A stretch of 64,000 bases of DNA from Trichoplax adhaerens (taxonomy: Eukaryota; Animalia; Placozoa), in NCBI RefSeq assembly GCF_000150275.1, contig NW_002060945.1, forward strand, positions 135,872 to 199,871. Direction: 5' to 3'. Position numbers and translations under genes: made by a program. Position 1 is the first letter of the stretch, and each line of letters starts with the position of its first letter. This document shows positions 54,717 through 64,000 of this stretch, in pieces. The notes below the pieces were generated by a model. The model saw only the letters and a list, made by a program, of their open reading frames with translations. It had not been told where the DNA came from and did not search any database.

Positions 54717-57700
54717 ATGGCGTTAGAGGTGAATACAAATCATCCACTTTCATCTTTAGACTCAGAGATCTTCACGCAACCATTACATGAAAAATCTGTG
54801 CCAAATCATCTTGTCGAAACAAGTAAGCTACAGTATGAATAAAGTTAGCTTCACGAGAATTATAATACGCATAGTGTACTGTTTAATCACAAATTAGCGC
54901 ATCAGAAGCTCTTCAACAGGATCATTAGGATGTAGCTTAACTACTAAAACTACTGCCAACGTAAACGATGTGATTTGTTTATAACATCCACATTTATGAA
55001 TAACTATTCTTCAGTTTTATGGGCATCCGTTGACAGTTTTTAACAAACATAATAATCGTATCAGTAAAGCACCTGTAGTTTTCAATATTACGATAAATTG
55101 TTATGAGAAACCTACTCATATATTAGAATTTATATATATATATGATAAATATACAGAAATGATATAATGCCATGTCATTTGTTATTATAAAGTTAAAAAT
55201 GTTTCGGTCAATCTGTAAGATTACTCTCTCAAGAACACACTTGCTATACTCTATTTCGATTTAAAACTTGAAGAACCAAGACTACTTAGAATAATTATTT
55301 GTCCTATTGAATAACAATTATCAGTTCGTTGGAATTAAGCGCCTATTGCATAAGCTTCCGAATCTTCTTATTCAATTATTACGGAAATTTCTTTCAGAAA
55401 TATTTGGCCAGGTTGCTCATAATGCTGTAATTGAAGCTAAACCGTCCGAAGTTCATTTCGCAGGATTTCAGATCGGCAAGACAGAAAAATATAAATTGGT
55501 AATCTCCGTAGATATATAAAGATTTTATAGCTGAATTCTTGGATGCAAGCAATTACGAGTGAAAATATAAAATCACTCAATCATATCATTTTAGAAACTT
55601 TAGTCTTACATTATAGTAGCTATGGTATCATATTCAATTCTAATTATTTACCGTTACGAAAACAGAAACTTACCAATATCTCGGCGGATCCTCAACGTGT
55701 TCATATTATACCGCCAACAACCTCATATTTCAAAATAAGCTATGAAAAACAGGTAAAGTTAAGTCAATCCGAAGTTAAATGAGCAAATTTACGTCAGTAT
55801 GAGTCGCTGCGTTTATATTTGTTCGATAAATTTATCGAATATGTTATCCTATTTGATATTCTTTTACTAAATCCAAACTAAACAGGCCCGTCTCGTTCCT
55901 GGTTTAAGTATTGAAGTCAATGTTGAACTTTTCCCAAAAGATTGGATCTATTACGATGACTGTATTCGTGTACACTGCAAAGTAATCTAAGAATCAAGAT
56001 AATTGACTTTTAATAACTGTGATTAATATGACTATTCTCTTAACAGGATGACGAGAATCTATTGATACCAATTCATGCTTATCCAGTACTTGTAAAGTCT
56101 ACTGATTTTCCAAAGAAGATTAACTTCCCTAAAACACCGTTAGCTCATAGGTAAAGATGGGTTCGATATCAAATATGTATGTCTAATGTATACTGATTTG
56201 AATGATTTATTATACATCGAACACCTCTAGTTTTTCAAAAACTATTCCTCTTCGATCAAATATTCCAGTTGACTTTGAATTTGAAATTAAAATAATAGAA
56301 TCTAATGATGCATACGTAATAAATCCCATGTCAGGCAAGAATTTATTTTTATCACCAACTGATAAGTCTGTTTTCCGAATATAGATGACGAAAACATATT
56401 AAATTCATATTTCTTTGGCTCTTTTAGGTTGCGTGGCAGCTAACAGCCAGGAAGACATCGTCGTTACTTTTACCCCGAATGATTACGCAACCGCCCACAT
56501 GAAATTTCAGGTAACATAAATAATCGCAGTGATGATAACGAATGCGCATAGATAGATCGCTAAAAGTCATTTCATAATTTTTAATTAAATATGCTATAGT
56601 CGTATTTTGATGTACTTTACTTGTAAAGCGAGTCTTGATGCAAGACTAAAATAGATTTTATTAATTAACTATTATCAAATATTAGATATTCGAATTAATC
56701 ATTCCATTTCATTGCTAGCTCTTAGTTTCGCAATTCAATTCAGAATCGTTTGTATGCACGGTAATAGGATCGTCAGAACCTGGACTTGTTAGGTGTGTGA
56801 TTATTAATACACTTATAAATTAAATTATCGGTATTATTTTTGATTTGTTCAATAAAACCAATTAATAGCTCTTAACGTGTATATCATATATACATACATA
56901 TATATTTATACAAATTTATTGGTATCTAACGTGTGACACACCGTTATGACGGCCTGTATTCATGAAAATTTTAGGAAAAAATTAATAGAAGAACATGAAA
57001 AAGAGAGTAGTCAAACTTTTCAAGACAACGATATCATAACAATTCCTGGCTATGATTCTATAACTGATCCATCGTTGCTGAAGCCATTAGAACGCTCAAA
57101 GTATAAGAAAGCTATGAAGAAGACTGTAAAGGTTCAATCTGGTCTTAAGGTAGATATGCATGTACAAGTACAATTTACAAGTATCCAGCACTGTGTTTAG
57201 ATTCATCTGAGGAAGAAAATGTATACAGCACCACAATAGTAAAGTCAATTTAAAAATACTCACTTGCGTAAAACAGCCAGGACAGAAAATACTATCGCAG
57301 TAAGAAATGTACATTAAGTTAACGTTAACTACACTGTACTTGCAATGGAATGCTGATTAATTAATTAAGCCAAATAACAATACTTGCGGGCAGTGAAATG
57401 GCTGCTGGACTCCCCAACACTTATTGCTCACAATATACAGTACTGTACAGCATAATAATTATAATTGGCAATCTAGCAGACTATGCCTAACAGTACTTAC
57501 AGTATAACAGTTCTGCAGTACCGTGCAGGGTACGATCAATATACCGTACTGTACAGTATCTACAGTACAGTATATTTTTTGGAAGCTTGTTAAATTAATC
57601 AGTAAGCAATCTCGGTATACTACTGTACAGTACAGTAAGTAACTGAGGCCATTTGTAGACAAAAACTCGCTCGAAGCTTGCATTGCTCAAGAAATAGTGA

Positions 57701-60700
57701 CATAATAATTTTTACTTTATTGACACTTAGCAGTAGGGTAGAATGGTCAGCAACCATAACAAAGTCGTCGCCGGCTCTGCTATGCGAGAGTTTTAATTCA
57801 TGGAATAGTCATACTCTCGGATCATCATGTGTATCCTTAATCTGTGTCTCATTTAAGAGACAACAGGTAAGGATCACCCTACTGATAGCGCGACCGTGCC
57901 AAATCATCCGTTATTATACTGGACACCAAACCCCTTCACTTATGGGATAGATATTTTGCATATTTCATGACGGTACAGTGCGTTTCAGTATCAGTACTGT
58001 ACAGTACAGTATGTACTGTAATGCAATGCCTTGTTAGTACTGTACTTTACAGTACGTAAAAATGTATGTACTGTACTGTACAGGATGCAGCACGTACAGT
58101 ACAGTGCACTTTTGTTGTACGTCTTTCTCGATAACTGCAGCATTCGAAATTTATTTCATAAAATTCCCAAAATTGTTCAGTTATTTACAGTTAAAAGCCC
58201 GCTTTTACTATTGCTGGTCTTCTACGTACCGTATACATATTTATATATATATATACACTGAATGCGATATAATGTACACAAAAATTACGCACAGTGACGT
58301 ATTACAACTCATTCGCAAAAATGAACAAATTTACCCGGACAGACTAAGCACTAAATAGTGTCAGGCATGCCAAAAATGAAAACCAAAACTTTAGTTATAC
58401 AAAATACGCGTATATGCAACTACTATAATTAGGTATATAAAAATATTGGATTGTTTCGACACGGTTATTTGTTGTATATATAGACGGGATTTACTCAAAA
58501 GTTTGCCCATCCCCTCGAATTATAATACTCGCATTCATAGACTTACTAAAGGATTATCGGAAAATGAATGAATTACTTGTTCAGTAATCCTTGATTTAGA
58601 TTTCTCTAATTAAATGATTTTACGGTCACACCGTATTACCATCTAGTATAGCTACTGCGGTTTAAAAATTCGCAATGAAAGCGAAATTGAAATAATCTAT
58701 TAAATACTGGCTATATTAAATATTAATTAATACATATTCAATGTAAAATTATTAGCAGACGTCCCATACTATTGTACTGTAATTGAATCAAATTTGCTAG
58801 TCTGTTAGTATTATAGGCGTACGAAAACTGATATTATACTGTATAATAAAATTAAATAAAGCCGTACATTTAAATTTTTTTTCTTGATAAATGCACAGTT
58901 GTAGGCTAAACATACTGACAAATTTTGTAGTGTATATGATGCATAAACCCGTACGTATAACGCGTATACAAGCTTACTGTACTACCTTTGTTATAGATAT
59001 TCTATAGGAAACTACAACCATTAATTAACGTCACTACATCATTTTTAGGGCATGGAAGATATGAAGGTACCGCTTACCTTGAGTTGTCCTAGTGAAGTAG
59101 CACGCGTCCTAAATCAAAAAGACGGGAAAATGAATGTTAAAGAATTAAAACAAGGTAACCTATATTGCATTTACTTCAAAACTTTTAATTCATCTAGATT
59201 CCGTACTATATCTACAATAGTTGAAAACAGATCATAGAAAATACGCGTAAATAGAGTTACTGTAGAAATTTGTATAGTGGGTACATACTGGCATATTACG
59301 ATGTGCATTGTGATGTGTTTGTGGACAGTTGTACGAGCACACTTACCTGCAATAGAAATCATAGACACACAGCAAAAGAAAATAAACTTACTAAATTCAA
59401 TTACCACACCTGATGAAGGAAAGGAAATTATATCTACACTCTACAGTAATTCTTACGATTTTGTGAGATACTATTGAACTAATATAGTAATTAATATGAA
59501 GTAAATCCATCAGAACATATATTAATTATCTATTAATAATATAATTAATGCTATACAGGCCTAAATAGAGCAAGCAAGATTCTAAAAACATATTACTTAT
59601 ACCTGCATATTAACTAAATCTTTCTTTATTTTGCCCTCTTTTTGTCACCTTTAAACGACGTACGCGTATGATATCCAACAATAAATCAATATATAGCTGT
59701 TGAAGTAGTCTCAAAATCGGAAGCTAACAGGCAGCTGAAGGTTAACTATACGTACTATAAAAAATATTGTTATCTTCCAGTTAATTATAATCGCTTATTC
59801 GTCATATGGTAAACGTGCTTCAATTCCCAATTAATCTATATTCTTTGTAGGAGGCATTTTTCGAACAGCAAGTGCGTCAATTTGTTATGGAAGAAAGAGC
59901 AAATCAACTACGCTGGTTTGTATTCGATGGATCACTAAATATATATGAATGAAATAGCGAACAACGATTTGATGCTAACTTTATCATTAAACTAAAGTGA
60001 TCAACTAATAAAATTATCACAGGATGGTACATCGAGGAGATGAGAAAATGACAAGTGAGCAACAGGAAGTAATTCTAAAAAGCAGACAGCATTCGGAAGA
60101 ATCATACAAAGTAAATATTTGCTATGAATTAAGAGCTAATCCTCTTACTGATCTCACTAAATCATATTACTTTAATAGATATTTCGAAAAGAATCCATAA
60201 CATTAAATGAAAGTAATAGGAACGCTGTAAATTGTTCGTATCGTAGAATATTTAGAAATGCAAACGAGGTAAAATTAACTATTTCTACTTGTTCTCTCTC
60301 AATTTACTAAAGAGTTACAGCTTAATCTAGCGTAAATCAATGCAATCAAATTTCATATAAAATTACTAAATGTCTACGTAAAATAACGAATCGTTGTATT
60401 ATTCTAGCTACCAAATTGTCAGCCATCATTTGACGTTTACAGTAACGATAATTGGGCGAAACGACATTCTGTTTTACAACGATTTATTCAAGCTGCCCGA
60501 AAGGTATACAGTACTTGATTGTAAACGCACATGTTGATACAAAGTAATTATTCCGATATCGATAATTTTTAACTGAAATCTTTGGATGAGTAACATTATT
60601 GTTGGCATTACACGACAGATTATTATAAGAGAAAGAGCACAAAAGCATCTAGAATCATTACAAGTTCTTGTCGATAACTGGCGACGTGGACATCATCGCC

Positions 60701-63122
60701 CTATATCGCCTGCGACAGGTAAAATAGTACCTTGATAGATATTGAATTCATATTATTCCAATTAAAAGTGACTGGTAACATCAAGCTTTCGAGGCTAAGT
60801 GACTTTATTTTATATAAAGATGAAGAAGGAAGTTTCGAATCTTTAGATGTAGTACCGCTATCTATACGGCCTGATCGAGTATTAAAATTTCGAATACCTG
60901 TCTATTCGGTGAAAGACGAAATGGTATGTTTACCTATTATGAAGAGAATTGAGGATAAGTTTTGATATCGTACCTGAAGAAATTAGAAATATCCCACAAT
61001 TACTATTTTTTTTCGCGTAATAGGAACCTGATGCAATTGGTAAAGTGCAAACAGACACAAACGGTCTAACATCAAAACATTTACTTTCGTACTTTGATCT
61101 CAAGGTAAGTTCGTCATGTTATTTTGCTACTTTAACTAAGATTTACATCTCTGTAATAATTATTGCTTTTGTAAACATACGTATTTATCCTAAATAGGTG
61201 CCACAGCAATATCGCGTTATGGGCTATCAGCCACATGCCATTCAATCTTCTCTTGAAGGATATATCACCCCGAATACTTCTGTATCACTACGTGTTGGAG
61301 CAGAGGTGATATAATAATACAACAATAATATGTCACTGCCCTTGCCTTTATAATTAATTAATACTGGCTCCATGTCGTCCGCTATTTCAAAATATGGCTC
61401 TAGCTGTATGTTAAATTGTAATTACATCGATATGATATTACCAAATTCAAACTTTTAGGACGAACTAATTGGTTTGCCAGCAGTTGGTGCAAATTCTGCT
61501 GATTATAAAGCTAACCGAGTTGATGCTGATTTAAAAGTACCTGAAACTAAAGGTATTGAAATAAAAACGATTAACGAGGAACCGAACGATCTTGATGATA
61601 TCGAAGAAGGTGCAGAGGAACGACAAATGGTTGAAATTCCAATGGGGATTCTCAAGCCAGTAGAATACCCTCCTATGACCATCTTTGTAAGTATTTACTA
61701 ATCCCAGATTTATACTGTACATTGAACTAGATCTTCCAAGTAATAATATCAATCAAGTCATAAATTCTTTACTATACTAATATATTTTTCGGCTTATTCT
61801 ATTTACCAGAATCCATACCCTGGAATAAAAGCTTATTACCCGCCGTTAAAGTATTCTGAAATTGATGAAGATTATTACTTTTGTCCGCTACCAAGATTTA
61901 AGCAACACACGTCTATGAACCCAACTGGCAACCAAAATGCAAAACCTTTCTTAGATAGAAAGGTAAATGCATCAGAAGCTGTTCTAAAATCTGTCACAGC
62001 CTATATCAAGCTATATTGTCAATTCATGGACTTAATTGATTAGCATTTAAAATTCGAAAATAATAGTAGTGTTGTAGAAAGTACCAGACATCATTACTAG
62101 TAATAAATGTAGCAATTACAGGACTGCATGCAATTATTTACAACTGGTATTAGTATAAGAGCATACGTATAAGTTCTAATTGAATAATTTATTTTATCTG
62201 CACTAGAGTGTCATTCCAGGTATTATGAAATGGAAAAGATTTTCTAGTCAGAGTCTACTGGCATTAAATTCTACGCCCACTATTTCAAGCGTTTGGGTGC
62301 CACGATGGTAAAATAGTTATACCTCATGCCAGTATCGAAAAGTCATTGACTAAGTCACTCTTATCTTTTAAACTGCACATTAGGACTGATCCATTTGATG
62401 ACGATCTATTACCTAAAGAAGGACCTCCATTATTAACTGAATTACCGGAAGATGATCGTATATATTTGGAGGATAAGTAAGCATGCATCTCACGTTAAAC
62501 TGATTTCAGCACAATTCATAATTTATTCATATTTATCGTAGGAGACTAAGATACATATATACCTTTAGTAAATATTTTTACCCATGCAAGTCAATCTATA
62601 ATTATTTGATTCAGGGAAGAGAGAGATACTGATATTCCATTGCTGACACCAGAGATGGTAAGAGCAGAATTTCCAATTCTTGAGGAAATTGAGAAAGATA
62701 GAGAAGATTTCAGGTATACAAATGCTAAAGCTACAAATGCATATAAGGCAGAAAAATAATTTTATTTTGTGATATACGATAGAGTAAAGTTAGTATAAAA
62801 TGGGTTTAGTTAATTATCAAATTAACAAATCAGCTTTCGAAAATTTGGGTTTATTTCAGTTTTTATGAATACTTATCATTAATTCAATATTTATTTTATG
62901 CTGCTAAAAGCTGTAACGTCGAAATAAAATCACACATTACGCCAAATAAATAGTATCTCTTTTGAAATATGAATATATCGTTACTTAGCAAAAATTTAAA
63001 GCAATGAAGTGATCTTGATAACAATATCCATTGTACTGATTTATTTTGCGATAGTGTTCCACTGGAAAATAATAAATTACCGACTAGTAATATCCCAGTT
63101 GGTAAATATGGTCTAAAATCAA
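54717..63122 (+). CDS. CFAP221: Cilia- and flagella-associated protein 221 (PCDP1, central-pair C1d); last exon/stop unresolved and may lie beyond the window
   Basis: VPNHLVET|KIF...EAKPSEVHFAGF, NISADPQRVHIIPPTT, LVPGL...WIYYDDCIRVHCK|DDENLLIPIHAYPV, VARVLNQKDGK, EAFFEQQVRQ..EERANQLRW, FIQAARK, WKRFSSQSL, WVPRW|TDPFDDDLLP. Confidence 0.94.
57430..58110. repeat. Two CAGTA/TACTG-rich blocks flanking a unique core inside a CFAP221 intron
   Basis: Blocks at about 57430-57640 and 57970-58110 surround a core with higher GC content. Confidence 0.75.
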
Positions 63123-64000
63123 GGTTAGTTAATCCTTATTATGATGATGATAGCATATAATCGTAGATGAGTAGCAAAAGAGAATGATAGAGTATCTAAT
63201 GCCTCTTTGTCGTGTTCCATTTAGAGAAAAATGTAGTAGGCAACTAGAACACCTGATACTAGAAAATTCAAATATTTTAGGTGGAAAAGTGGAAAACAAA
63301 ATGGATACCTTCAATGCTCAATTAACTCACCCAGGAACAATATTAAAATAATTAAATTTATATGTGGTTTATAAATCACTATTTTATAATTTGCACACAT
63401 TTTATATATCGGCAATTGATAGTGACAGGATCGATATCGATTCTTTACAGTATGGCTGAACATGCCTATTGTATCAATATTTTGCGTTACAAAATGTAAA
63501 AGTATTCTATAACAATAATACAAAAACCAGTACTGCAATACTAATGCACAGATTAATAGCCCTGAATTGGGTTCTTTCTGTGCTAACTTATAAAATAATT
63601 GAAGTAATTAACTCAATGTATAATACAACATCATATATAATCAGGATCGATAAGACTAGAATGTTCAGATATACCTTTCGATGCAGACTGTTTGAAAAGT
63701 TTTTACGCGCTTATAGCAAATAATTTTGTTAATATTATTCACTGTACAAATTCTTTTTCAATATAAATAAAACCCTTTTAACAGCAGTTACTCTTCTAGT
63801 TGTTCATGCATTGTCTTATGAGTAACAGGGAAGATTTTATTTGGTTTAGTGTCTAAGCGTAATTTACTATTACGTTACTAAAGTAGTCCAGCTGAAATCC
63901 ACGCGAATTTGTCTCTGGATATTATTGGTTTTTGGATATTACAAAAGGGATGAATTTAAGATCAGAAATGATATTAGATATAATCATTCAAAAATTCGAT

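Noticed and set aside
57201-57300. Possible extra CFAP221 exon
   Set aside because: It hits a stop in the required phase (CCA CAA TAG), and the flanking exons join in frame without it.
57831-57840. GTATCCTT resembling a U12 5' splice site
   Set aside because: It is not at any exon boundary I could support, and no matching U12 branch site was identified.
59171-59477. Overlapping short ORFs and a minus-strand GCAG|GTAAGT donor inside a CFAP221 intron
   Set aside because: I could not build a multi-exon nested gene or find homology, so it is unsupported without transcript data.

Overview
AT-rich, intron-dense animal genomic DNA. Short introns, an intronless orphan GPCR and the gene content suggest a compact early-branching metazoan genome, probably a placozoan such as Trichoplax (inference). 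Eleven genes can be read by splicing exons by hand: RIF1 (-), IDI1 (-), a stand-alone LYR microprotein matching human L0R8F8/AltMiD51 (+), SLC25A1 (-), a six-module progranulin with a single coding exon (+), MRPL44 (-), MRPL57/mL63 (+), a class A GPCR (-), VPS50 (-), an ankyrin-less ANKZF1/Vms1 (+) and CFAP221 (+, 3' end unresolved). Eight of them form four head-to-head pairs. No transposase, CRISPR array, rRNA or tRNA was seen. The most notable observations are: (CAGTA)n/(TACTG)n arrays that mark nearly every gene 5' end and predict a hidden promoter inside CFAP221; three mitoribosome large-subunit genes within 17 kb; the L0R8F8 microprotein as an independent spliced gene; the ANKZF1 ending right after its VLRF1 domain; and a triplicated promoter/5'UTR segment of VPS50. 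Gene identities come from my recall of homologous proteins, not from a database search. No clearly new biological system is demonstrated; the CAGTA promoter pattern is the best candidate.
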